Shown: in pieces, positions 12,309 to 23,000 of the stretch
Layout: each line of letters begins with the position of its first letter
Position numbering within the stretch: the first letter of the stretch is position 1
Assembly (NCBI RefSeq): GCF_036321535.1
Contig: NC_087444.1
Span: 74,276,001 to 74,340,000 of the forward strand
Reading direction: 5' to 3'
Origin: Camelus dromedarius
Lineage: Eukaryota
Length of the DNA: 64,000 nt
Program-made: the position numbers and the translations under genes
The notes under the pieces: model-generated
What the model was told of the DNA's origin: nothing
What the model saw: only the letters and a program-made list of their open reading frames with translations
The model's database searches: none

Positions 12309-12933
12309 CTGTATGCAGTGCTGTCTGTCAATTATATCTCAATAAAACTGGAAGGGAAAAAATAAAACACCACCTGAAGCCCCCGATCAATCTCACCATC
12401 CCTAAAAGGGGGACAGCCAGGCAAAAGGCAACATGAAGCTAGCAGCTCTTAAGTAGCTATGCCAAAAAAAAGGGCTGAATCTTAATTTAATCAAGTCTTT
12501 AGATTTCATTTTCTGATTCTAGGAAGCCAGAGGTGAAGAGCAAGGATCCACTGGAATGGGCCAGGTAGTAAAGATTTTCAACTTTGTGGGCCACATGGCC
12601 CCTGTTACAACTACTCAACTCTGCCCTTGTACGACCAAGCAGCCACGGACAGTATGTAAAGGAATGGGTGTGGCTGTGTTCAGATAAAACTTTATTTATG
12701 GACACTGATAGCTGAATCACATATAGGTGTCACAGGCCACAAAATATTATTCTTCTTTTGATTTTTTCCCATTATTTAAAAATGTTAAAACCATTCTTAG
12801 TTTGCAGGCTGCACAAAAACAGGTGGTGGCTGCAAATCATTGGACAAAGGAATTGTATCTAGAATATTCAAGAAACCTACAACCCAATAATAAAAAGACA
12901 ACCCAGTTTAAAAATGGACATAGAGGGTGGGAT

Positions 12934-13018
12934 GGGGTGGGTATAGCTGAGTGGCAGAGCGGGTGCTTAGCATGCATGAGGTCCCGGGTTCCCCAGTGCC
13001 TCCATTAAAAAAAAAAAG
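12934..13018 (+). mobile_element. tRNA-derived SINE, Vic-1-like, inserted in an old L1
   Basis: GGGTATAGCTGAGTGGCAGAGC...GCTTAGCATGCATGAGGTCC plus poly-A, interrupting L1 sequence. Confidence 0.88.
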
Positions 13019-13447
13019 GATTAAAATAGACAGCTCTCCAAAGAGGATATATAAACGGCCAATAAGCCCATGAAAAAAACTTCCACATCATTCATCATGA
13101 GGGAAATGCAATCAAAACCACAGTGAGATCCCAGTTCACACCCCCTGGAGGACTATAATAAAAAAGTCAGATCATAACAAGTGTGGAGAAACTAGAACCC
13201 TCACACAGAGGATGGGAATGGAAAATCCCACTTTGGAAAAGTCTGGCAATTCCTCAAAAGGTTGAACACAGAGTTACCATTTGAGCAATTCCACTTCCAA
13301 TAGAAATGAAGACATGCCCACACACAAACTTGTACACAAGTGCAAGCAAGCCCCAAAGTGGAAAGAACACAAATGTCCATTGACTGATGAATGGATAAAC
13401 AAAATACGTATATCTCATATTCTTCGGCCTTAAAAAGAAGTACTGAA

Positions 13448-13608
13448 TCTACTATATGGCACCAGGAACTACGTTCAATCTTATAATAACATATAATGGA
13501 AAAGAATCTGAAAAGAAAAAACTGTATGTTTCTGTATAACTGAATCACTTTGCTGTACACCTGAAACTAACACTGTAAATCAACTACGCTTCAATAAAAA
13601 ATTTTAAA
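13448..13608 (+). mobile_element. 5'-truncated young L1 3' end nested in an older L1
   Basis: ...TATAACTGAATCACTTTGCTGTACACCTGAAACTAACACTGTAAATCAACTAC...AATAAA; AAGTACT duplicated on both sides. Confidence 0.82.
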
Positions 13609-14116
13609 AAGTACTAATACATGCTACAAAATGGATGAACCTTGAAAACATTATGCTAAGTGAAACCAGACAGAAAAACAATTCCTTTTACGTGAAATGT
13701 CCAGATTAGGTTAATCCATAGAGCTAAAAAGTAGATTAGTGGTTGCCTAGGGTGTGGCGGAGGTCGGGGTTTAGGGGGAAGGGGGAAGGGAGACTGGGGA
13801 ATGACAGCTAATGGGTACTGGATTTCTTTGCGGAGTGAAGAAAATGTTCTAAAACTGACAGCGGTGATGGCTGCACAATTCTGTGGATATACTAAAACCC
13901 ACTGAATTGTACACTTTAAATGGGTGAACTACATGTTATGTGGATTATATTCCAATAAAGCTTATGGAGGCCAGCAGGCTTTGGGTTTAGCCTGCTGACC
14001 CCTGGTGTGAAGGAATAAGTGAAAGGTGATTACAGGAAAGTGAAATGATAAATTTAGATGGATGGTGGAATGATAGCAGAATAACTGACCTAGCTTCTTC
14101 AATAAATCAATTGCAC

Positions 14117-14163
14117 TAAAAACAAAACAAAACAAAACAAAACAAAACAAAACAACAAAAAAA
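14117..14163. repeat. (AAAAC)n microsatellite
   Basis: About 8 AAAAC units. Confidence 0.9.
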
Positions 14164-14210
14164 CCCAGGGTAGGGTGGAGGGTAAACTGTTCTAAATTAA
14201 GAGCAACTTA

Positions 14211-14459
14211 AGAGGGGGTGGAAGGGTGAACTGGTAGTTCCGGATTTGCAGATACCACTATATATAAAATAGATAAACAGCAAGGTCCCACTGAATAGCA
14301 CAGGGAGCTATATCTATTCAATACTTTGTAAGAGCCTATAATGAAAAAGAATATGAAAAGGTATATATGTGCGTATAACTGAATCACTATGCTGTACTCC
14401 AGAAATTAACACAACATTGTAAACCAACTATTTAAATTAAAAAAAAAGAGAGAGAGAAA
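14211..14459 (+). mobile_element. 5'-truncated young L1 3' end (cetartiodactyl type) with 12-bp TSD
   Basis: TSD AAGAGCAACTTA at 14199-14210 and 14460-14471; TT|AAGA insertion site; body ...ATAACTGAATCACTATGCTGTAC...CATTGTAAACCAACTA plus A tail. Confidence 0.88.
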
Positions 14460-15399
14460 AAGAGCAACTTAGGGGACATAACAATGATTTGAATGGATCC
14501 TGATGAAACCCAATCTGATGAAACTCAATCAAATTAAACTTTTTAAAAGGCATTTTTTTGAGGTACAGAATTTGATTACTGACCAAGTAACAGATAATAG
14601 TCTAATATTATGGTTGCTTTTGTACAGTGTGATCATGGTATTGTGGTCATGTAAGGAAATATCCCTGCTTTTTACACATGTATCGTGAAGTATGCAGGGG
14701 TGAAATGTCACGATGGATAAGATTTGCTTCATGTATTTAATTAAAAAAAGATACTCAAATATGGCAAAAATATTAATAACTGGTAACTTTGGGCGATATT
14801 CTTAAATTATTCTCTCGCTTTTATATAAATTTGAACATTTTCATGGCAAAATATGAAGCTGAAATTGCTTTAAGGACACTTGAAGACCCAGGTTCACACC
14901 AAACAGCAGCACCATCAGGATGCGAACCCAGGACTGCCTGACTCCAAAGCTCCATAGAGGAAAACGTTAAACCCTACAGCAACTCCGAGGGGGAAGGGGC
15001 TGTCAAAAAGGTGCAAAGAGGTGGCAGCAGGGGACCACACAATCCTTCTCCGCCCTCCCCTTCACAGTGTGGGAAACTGAAGCCAGGAAAGGGGTGCTCC
15101 TTCCTCAACTCTCACTCCTTAGACTCCCAGGAATCCCAGTTCCCTCCGTCCCCTGGTACCACCGGCCCATCTGTCTGCACTGAAACTACAGCTCTCCCGA
15201 GAACTGCTGGATGAAGGTTTGGCTCCCTCCAGGGATTTCTGGGACCTGTAGTTCAGCTTCAGACTTGGGGAGCCTAGAGTGCCCTGTTAATGACTGCCAG
15301 GAAGTTGGAAATTCAAAATCTTGTCCCAGTATCCCTCAAGACCCCAAGACTCTAGCCCGCGGGAAGGGGATCGCAGTAACACTATCCTTCCACCGCCTG

Positions 15400-16300
15400 G
15401 AACTCACCTCACAAAAGACACCTCTTTCCTCGGTTGCTGCTTCAACTGTGCCCCTACACCGGAAAGGAGCGCTGTTTTCTCTCTCCGCTCCGCTCACTTC
15501 CGCTTGGTGGAAGAGATCGGAAGTATATATACCCCTAGACGGAAGTAGGTCTGCCCCTAGTTGCCGAGGTATCTCTTCTGGCTTGGTAAGTACTCCCTTC
15601 TTCTCTTCCTCCCTCCGGAAACGTAGGTGGCAATTCGAAGGTTCCGGTCGGTGAAACTGGTGTGACTAGGGGGCGCGCTTAGTATATACTAGGCGTTTTC
15701 CTGGGCGGGCGATTTCTTCCTTGTACCCGGGTTTTGCGTCTCTCCAAGCCCGTGTTTAAGAGCTAACCACTTCCCCCAGAGATTGGGGAGCCTGTTTTTC
15801 GACTTTTCTGCTGCAAAATAAGAGACAATAGAGAAGGGACAACTCCTCTGTCCCTACTTTATAAATGGAGCAGTTGAGAAGTCGGAAGTCAAAGGCGTTC
15901 AAATTACCTCAGGAAACAGGAATTTACTACGCCGTAACTCACCTATCCCCAGGGGCCAAGGCATAAATTTCCCGCCAATTTCGACATATCTAGATATCTG
16001 GGGACCAAAATGTTTATTTTCCTAGCTCGGCCTGGCGAGCTCTCTAGGGGGCAATGGGATAGGAGGGGAGAAGGGACATAACAAATTCCCTAAGTGCCCA
16101 CGGTGTCGGAGACCCTGGCCACCCTATGGGATTCTGGATCTTGGGCCCTTAATCATAAGGTCCCTTTAAATACTTTGTCCCTTACCTGAGTCCCGCCCAG
16201 GGCAGGTAATCGCAAACCCCGCCCCTCTGGCCAGAAACCGGGATCTGGCGACTACTGGGAGTAAGGCATCCCTCCTCCTTCTCCCCTCCCCTCTCCTCTA
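15400..16300. promoter_or_regulatory. NOSIP/PRRG2 head-to-head CpG-island promoter
   Basis: CpG-rich. ETS/GABP motifs CACTTCCG 15495-15502, CGGAAGT 15518-15524 and 15540-15546; E2F-type TTTCCCGCCAA 15968-15978; GC boxes. Lies between divergent first exons. Confidence 0.8.
15408..15510 (-). other. NOSIP: NOSIP non-coding exon 1 (5' end approximate)
   Basis: Minus-strand donor GAG|gtgagt at 15408/15407 in a CpG-rich region with ETS sites. It would splice to the acceptor at 7938, giving ...GTGAG|GATGACG. Intron 1 is ~7.5 kb. Confidence 0.75.
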
Positions 16301-16380
16301 GCCCCCCTTCACAGCTGGCCGCAGCTGGCAGAGAAGGCCCAGATTAAGGAGAAGGGGACAGTGTTCACAAATCTGGGCAG
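16300..16380 (+). other. PRRG2: PRRG2 non-coding exon 1 (5' end approximate)
   Basis: Strong donor CAG|gtaagt at 16380/16381, ~650 bp upstream of the coding exon and ~800 bp from NOSIP exon 1. Confidence 0.65.
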
Positions 16381-17046
16381 GTAAGTGAATGTCCCTGGAG
16401 GCAAAGCCTGGCTTGGGGACCCTGGCGACCTGGCTCCCCACTCTTCTGGGACCCAGAAATTGGGGTTCCCAAACCCAGGAGTCCAGGACCTTTGTCCCCT
16501 CCTCCTTCTGGACCCAAGAAGATAGGGCTCTGCTCTTACCTGTCCTGTAATCTTTGATCTCTGGGTGGATGTGGCAATGTGCACAGAGAGAGGCCAGTAT
16601 ACATGGAAATTACCAGGAAGGAAGGAATCCCTGTCAATGGACACGTTTATGAGCACCTACCATGTGCCTAAACCCGTGCTAGGTGCTGCAGACACAGCAG
16701 GAGAAAAAGCTAAGCTCCTGGCTCTAGTCTCTGGAGGCCCACTGCTTTTGCTGAAATTCTGCCTCTGAATCTTGCAAACTGTACGAACTTGGGCAAGTTC
16801 TTTTACCTCTCTGTGCCTCAGTTTCCTCATCTATCTAATGAGGTGAACCCAGCACCGCTGTAAAAGTAAAACTGAGTTGATAGAGATAAATGAACTTGAA
16901 CAATGTCTGGCCCAGAATACAGGCTATTGTAAGTGTCTGCTATTATAATTCATGGACCACAGAATCTGGTCAGGGAGACCTTGCCTCATTTCCCAGGAGC
17001 TGAGGCGCTGATCATCTAACCACACCTGGTTCCTAGTGTACAGAAT

Positions 17047-20000
17047 ATGAGGGGCCACCCCTCTGTGCTGGTGCTATACCTGGGATTGACCACCTGCCTG
17101 GACACCTCAGCCAGTGTGGAGCAAGACCAAGGTGAGTGTTTAAGGGAACAGCTGGAGTCCAGGCACTGACATCCACCTTCCTCTGGCCCAGGAAAAACCC
17201 TGATTCTAGTTTCCTCCTTCCCCAGGACCCCATAGTCCTCTGTTCCCTTAAATTCAGGCTCCTCCATGTCCCCAGTCCTAGGAACCTTCCATTTTTCTGT
17301 CCCTTATGTCCTTTGGGTCCAGAAGTCTTCCTGGACTCTCCAGAAGCTCAGAGCTTCCTAGGCAGCCGTCGCCGGATTCCACGAGCCAATCACTGGGACC
17401 TGGAGCTGTTCACTCCAGGGAACCTGGAAAGGGAGTGTCAGGAGGAGAAGTGTTCCTGGGAAGAGGCTCGGGAGTACTTTGAGGACAATACTCAGACGGT
17501 GAGGGCCTGGGGTCCCCCGAGTCCCTCTGTCTTATCCAGGAACTGGGGGTTCCTGTCCCACAACTCCCTCTGACCTCATGCCTCGGAGATCAGGGTGGGC
17601 TGGTTTGGGGGGGGGTGTGGAAGCTCCCAGTTGACACGCTGCCTTTCCCGCCTTCTCTATTCCTACCCGTTCAAGGAGCGCTTTTGGGAGAACTACATCT
17701 ACAATGGCAAAGGAGGTGAGTTGGGGGAGCCCTCTTGTTCTGTGCAGCTAAGGCAGCTTCTTCCTGCGGAGGCTAAGCCAACATCCTATCCTCCACTCCA
17801 AACTTGCCCCTTCTAATTCCATGCTCCCTGAGTTCCTGGAGGTGGTTGTCAGAGAAGCCCCCTCCTTTGAGGCTAGAGGAACCCACGACGTCTTATTCGG
17901 AGGAGGTCCCATGTCCCCAGGAAGAGGGAAATACAGTTGGAAGGAGAGACCCTGGCCCACCTGAGCTGCCCTTTGGAGTCCAGAGCCCCAGTACCTTCTA
18001 CAGCTTGGTTGCTAGGGGAATTGCTCCCTAGCAACAGGGCTGGGCCAGGCCAGTCATGGAAGCCTGTCTCTCCTCACCTGCTCAATCAGCCCACCCCCAA
18101 CCCCTCCTCTGAGTTCTGAGGCCCCATCTTGGCTGCAGCCTTGTTGCTAAGGGGGGGCTGCTCCTTAGCAACAGAGCCTGGCCAGGCTGGACCAACGAAG
18201 CCTGCTCTCACTACCTGGTTGGCTCCCCCTCCCCCACAACTCTATTCCAGCCCTGGCCTGGTTGCTAAGGAGGCCTTTTCCCTAGCAACCACACCTAGCC
18301 AGGCTCAGGACCCAAGGCCTCTTGCCCACAGGAGGAGCCCCCTTCAGGCACCAGACATCCCACCCCCTTGTGGCCTGGTTGCTAGGGGTGGATGCACCTT
18401 AGCAACAGGCCCTAAGTCTGGGCTGGAGTCCTCACATTGGTTGCTAGGGGAGGTAACTGCTTTGCTACAGGCCTATCAAGGCTTGGTGGCTCCTTGAATC
18501 CACCTGAAACATGTCCGGATTGGGAGGGTTCGGCTTCTTAGTGCAGCTTTTTGCTAAAAGGGCTAAAAGCCTGGGGTTTGCTGTTTGAGGAAAGCACCCC
18601 CCCACCCTGTGCTAAAGGAAGTTTCCCCTAGCAAGGCCTCATGAAGCCAGGGTCCTCCCTGGACACCCCTGCCCCCCACCAACTTCCTCAGTCATGAAGT
18701 CTTGGATTGCTAAGGGTGCTGCACCTTAGCCAAGGGTCCACATGAGTTCTAGACACCAGCAATCTGTTATTGAGGGGACATCCATAAATTCCTCCCTTGA
18801 TCAATGAATTTTTTCCTAGCCTTCTGGTAAATGACCAAGCCTTCCTCTAGATTCTGCTCCTTTTTCAGAGTGGAGGCCTTGCCTCTCAGTGGTCTGGTTA
18901 GTAAAAGGGACTGCATTCCAGTGGGGTCAGTGTTGCCAGTTGAAATACAAGACTTCCCCCTACCCCTCCAGTTAAATTTGAATTTCAAATGCAAAGGAAT
19001 AATTCTTTAGTAGAAGTAGATTTCATCTATTCCATGGGACATTACTTATACTAAAAACTTATTAATTATGTATCTAAAGTTCACATTCACATTAAATAGG
19101 GTATCCTCATTATTATTCACTAAATTTAGCAATGCTAAGGGGGTTGGGGTATAGCTCAGTTGGTAAAGTGCATGCTGGGCATGCACGAGGTACTTGGTTT
19201 GATCCCCAATACCTCCATTAAAAAAAGAAAAGAAAAGGAAAGCAGTGCTCAGTGTGGGGGCCTGGAGAGTTGGCTACCTGAGCTCCCTACCCTAAATGTG
19301 TCAACAGCAATCTTAGGAGGGGCCTTTGTCCTCACAGTGATTCAGCTGCCGTATTTTCTAGTCCCTGATGATGTTATCCCAAGCCCTTTCTGCATTTAAT
19401 TCATTGCATTTTTGCAACCTGTCAGGAAGGGGATATTTTTCCCATTTTACAGAACAGGAAATGGAGGCTCATAGAAGTGAGTGAGGTGAGTTGCCTGAGG
19501 TCACACAGCTAGGAAGTAACCCCAGCTCTGCCTTCCATCTTAGGCAGTTCTTTTCCCTGAAGGTGGCCAGGGGCTGGGGGGCAGAAGGTATCTGGATGTT
19601 GGGATGGGTGGCAGCCCCTGAATTTGCGCCCCCCTCCCCCCTACAGGGCGTGGACGAGTGGACGTAGCAGGCCTGGCTGTGGGGCTGACATCAGGCATCC
19701 TACTGATTGTCCTGGCTGGTCTGGGAGCCTTTTGGTATCTGCATTACCGGCGGGGCCGGGGCCAGCAGCCCTGTCCTCAAGAGTAAGAGGGCTTTGGGGA
19801 AGAAGGGCTGGGTGCTAGAGAGCAGGATGAGTAGAGGTGGGAGGAAAAATGGACCTAAGGAGATGGGCCAAGGATGGGGGCAGATGGGTGTGGCTCAAAG
19901 ATCAGAGGAGATAGGATCAGTGGAGAAGGAATCCATGAGATAGTCTACTTACGGCATCTGTGGCATCTGTCAGGCTATATCCTCAGTACCTGGCACGGGG

Positions 20001-21086
20001 TAGAAACTCAATCAATATTGGCTACCTGCTGTCTTTACAGGACCAAGTTTATGTGTGATTATCATTCTGGATATTGTATCTGGTGAAGCTACAACCTGTG
20101 GTCTGTGGGTGTCTGTGGGTGTCTGTGGTATGTCAGTTTCCGTGGTGACAAGGTGGAGCCGTGTTTGTGTGTGCCTGAGTTGTCTAGGTGAGTCTACATG
20201 AGTGGCAGGGTCTAAGAGAGGGCTGGAACATCAGTCTTGGAAGTAACGGAGGTCTTTTGAGGAAGAGCTGATGATCAGAGTGGATCTGGGAAATTTGTAA
20301 CTAAGTGTATCTCCGTGTTGTGTCTGTTTCTTGTGTGTCTGCCTGCCTCTCTGCGGGACTCTCTTTCAACATTGCTCTGCCTGTATCTGGAGCACATGTG
20401 TCTGTGCAGGAATCTGTCTCAGAAGTTGATTTCTGTGGCTGCCTGTCCCTGTGCATCTGCCTGTTCCTGTGTGGAGTCAGGTTGAAGGTGACCCTCTTTT
20501 TCCGGGGCCATCTCCCTTCCACCTGTGTCTACCACTCTCAGAGTCTCCGCCTCCCTAAATCCTTCCTCCTCCTAAGTCTCACTATCCTGTAGGTTTCCCT
20601 TTTTAACAGTGCATCTTCTGTCCCTAGGGCCGAGCTAATCAGCCCCCTGAGTCCCCTGAGCTCGCCGGGCCTGCCGACGCCCCTACCTCCACCCCTACCC
20701 CCAGGTCTCCCCACCTACGAGCAGGCCCTGGCGGCCTCTGGGGTGCACGACGCACCTCCGCCCCCCTACACCAGGTATGGGGCTGGGCTTCGGCCGGGGG
20801 GCGGGGCGCAAAGAGGAGGGCACGGCCGGAGGAGGGGCGTGGGCTTAGGGGCGGGACTTGGAATTTTAAGTTTATTATCCGGGGCGAGGCTTGGAGAGCG
20901 GGGGCGTGGCTCAGTGTCCTGTGTGTGTGGAGCATTATAGGAGGGTGGGTCTTCTACCCAGAGGGTCCGGGATTGGCTGGGATGCCCAGGGCGGGTCGGA
21001 GTGGTCTTGGTTGAGGGGGGAAAAACAGCCGGGTCTTTCACTCCCCACTGTGCCCCTCCCCTTCCAGCCTCAGGAGGACCTGCTGA
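17047..21086 (+). CDS. PRRG2: Proline-rich Gla (G-carboxyglutamic acid) protein 2, transmembrane, 200 aa
   Basis: Coding exons 17047-17131, 17323-17498, 17676-17715, 19647-19782, 20628-20774, 21068-21086 (603 nt). Signal peptide MRGHPSVLVLYLGLTTCL, propeptide ending RIPR|AN, Gla domain (LELFTPGNLERECQEEKCSWEEAREYFE), TM helix (LAVGLTSGILLIVLAGLGAFWYL), and LPTY and PPPY WW-binding motifs. Confidence 0.97.
18008..18732. repeat. Degenerate ~120-bp tandem array whose units contain inverted RFX X-box-like pairs
   Basis: GTTGCTARGG...CCYTAGCAAC at 18008-18035, 18143-18172, 18261-18289 and 18378-18406; half unit at 18440; decayed units at ~18609 and ~18707. Confidence 0.9.
19140..19236 (+). mobile_element. 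tRNA-derived SINE, Vic-1-like
   Basis: GGGGTATAGCTCAGTTGGTAAAGTGCATGC...GATCCCCAATACCTCC plus A-rich tail. Confidence 0.88.
20095..20129. repeat. 10-bp tandem repeat (GTCTGTGGGT)x3
   Basis: Directly visible in PRRG2 intron 5. Confidence 0.85.
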
Positions 21087-23000
21087 AGAGCTGCTTCGGA
21101 GCCGGGGTTCTCCGAACTGTGCCCCAGATTCGCACCGGATTCCGGAAACCCCCAGGCGTCTTAAAAGTCCAGAGCCGAGCTTAAGGGGTGATGGGAGTAG
21201 GGGTCGTCCGGCTAGAGGCCTACTCTAGCACACGTGTTTCCGCCGCGTACGCGTACACGCAAGTTCCCGGGTAACGTGTTCCCGCGTCCCTCGCAGGCCC
21301 CCCCATCTGACGGTGGGGCTACCAGCCAGCCCCGCCCCGGGGTAGGCGTGCTTGGAAACTCGGACCCTGGTGCGCAGGCTGGTTGTGCAGACTTAAGTGT
21401 GAGCAGGTGTGACAGCCATCGCTCTCAGTGTCACGGGCCACTCACACGCATGACCCTGCCTGTGCACACGCGCGTCTTCGTGCGCTCCCCGGGAGTGCAC
21501 AGGGGCACTTTGCAATCCAGGGAAAGGGTGGGGTACATTTGCAAGCGTGTTCGGTTGGGCGCAGGCTCGCACTGCACCTGGGGGACTTGGGTTGAGCTCT
21601 TTCCCTAAATAAAAACCCGTTGGAAAAAGACCCCAAAAAGTGAGATGATGCAAAAAAAAAACCCCAATCAAATAAACTGAACCGCGCTCTCGGGCGCGTC
21701 TGCGCACGGCAGACCTGGCTTTCTGTACAAATGCTGCGCCCTACACCCCCAGGCTCTGCTAGCGCTCANNNNNNNNNNNNNNNNNNNNNNNNNNNNNNNN
21801 NNNNNNNNNNNNNNNNNNNNNNNNNNNNNNNNNNNNNNNNNNNNNNNNNNNNNNNNNNNNNNNNNNNNNNNNNNNNNNNNNNNNNNNNNNNNNNNNNNNN
21901 NNNNNNNNNNNNNNNNNNNNNNNNNNNNNNNNNNNNNNNNNNNNNNNNNNNNNNNNNNNNNNNNNNNNNNNCCCGGGGGCCGCCCGGGACGCCCCCTCCT
22001 GAGCGCGCGCCCCCCCTTCTCTCTTGCAAGCGCCAGGGCAAAGGCGGAGACAGCGGGGTCCCTCCTCCCCCCTCTTTCCCTCCAGGGGGAACCCCCCTTC
22101 CCCCCTCCTTGNNNNNNNNNNNNNNNNNNNNNNNNNNNNNNNNNNNNNNNNNNNNNNNNNNNNNNNNNNNNNNNNNNNNNNNNNNNNNNNNNNNNNNNNN
22201 NNNNNNNNNNNNNNNNNNNNNNNNNNNNNNNNNNNNNNNNNNNNNNNNNNNNNNNNNNNNNNNNNNNNNNNNNNNNNNNNNNNNNNNNNNNNNNNNNNNN
22301 NNNNNNNNNNNNNNNNNNNNNNNNNNNNNNNNNNNNNNNNNNNNNNNNNNNNNNNNNNNNNNNNNNNNNNNNNNNNNNNNNNNNNNNNNNNNNNNNNNNN
22401 NNNNNNNNNNNNNNNNNNNNNNNNNNNNNNNNNNNNNNNNNNNNNNNNNNNNNNNNNNTGGAGGAAGGGGCCAAGGGGTGGGGGNNNNNNNNNNNNNNNN
22501 NNNNNNNNNNNNNNNNNNNNNNNNNNNNNNNNNNNNNNNNNNNNNNNNNNNNNNNNNNNNNNNNNNNNNNNNNNNNNNNNNNNNNNNNNNNNNNNNNNNN
22601 NNNNNNNNNNNNNNNNNNNNNNNNNNNNNNNNGAGAGATGCAGCGGGAAAATGGGGGTGCAAAACAATTTCAGACGGGAAGGCCTTGGGAAGGTGGGAGG
22701 GACTGGCGAAGCAAGGCCTGGATTTCCCCCCATCCTTGGATTCCCGGCTTGCTGACCCCTCCCCCCGCGCCCCGGGCTCTGCTCTTGCAAAGGTGGGAAG
22801 GAAAAGAGAATTAGAAAGCAGACCTGGGGGGCGCGCCCCCCCAGGTCCTATTGTTCCGGGACTGCGCGAGACCGCGCTGCTCGGGCCCCCCCACGAAATT
22901 CCGCGCGTAGAGTGGGCACAGGGCCCCGCCCCCTTCCTAAACTGGGGTTCTGTGTGTGTAAGGGGGGGGCCTGGCATCTGGGACACGCCCCCTTGAACTC
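20600..23000. promoter_or_regulatory. CpG island covering PRRG2 3' end and PRR12 promoter/exon 1
   Basis: High CpG and GC density around three N gaps. PRR12 exon 1 is expected in gap 22112-22458 from synteny. Confidence 0.65.
21608..21676 (+). terminator. PRRG2: PRRG2 candidate polyadenylation signals (two AATAAA)
   Basis: AATAAA at 21608-21613 and 21671-21676, ~520-590 nt after the stop codon. Confidence 0.65.

Larger units (their letters stand above)
12840..13965 (+). mobile_element. Old L1M (ORF2 end plus 3'UTR) fragment
   Basis: Typical L1 phrases: ATCAAAACCACAGTGAGAT, ATGGATGAACCTTGAAAACATTATGCTAAGTGAA, GTGATGAAAATGTTCTAAAACT-like, ending AATAAAG. Confidence 0.85.
12528..14004 (+). mobile_element. 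MER58B-like hAT-Charlie MITE, split by the L1M insertion
   Basis: 5' part 12528-12836 (GGGCCAGGTAGTAAA...GGCTGTGTTCAGATAAAACTTTATTTATGGACACTGA...CATTCTTAG); the terminal ...GACCCCTG reappears at ~13966-14004. Confidence 0.7.
14006..14850 (+). mobile_element. Ancient L1MC/L1ME-type 3' region (also 12370-12525)
   Basis: Recalled motifs CTTCTTCAATAAATCAATTG, GATCATGGTATTGTGGTCATGTAAGG, GGGGTGAAATGTCA, TAAATTTGAACATTTTCAT. Confidence 0.6.

Noticed and set aside
18129-18497. 122-aa ORF with repeated peptides (LATEP/LATTP/LATGP, LVAK/LVAR)
   Set aside because: It is a translation of the DNA-level GTTGCTA/TAGCAAC array, starts at TTG, and has no splice or homology support.
18008-18732. CRISPR-like appearance of palindromic repeats with spacers
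   Set aside because: Mammalian intron, variable 60-170 bp period, degenerate units, homologous rather than unique spacers, and no cas genes.
21668-22996. Long ORFs of 240-420 aa near the PRR12 promoter
   Set aside because: Artefacts of N runs translated as X.
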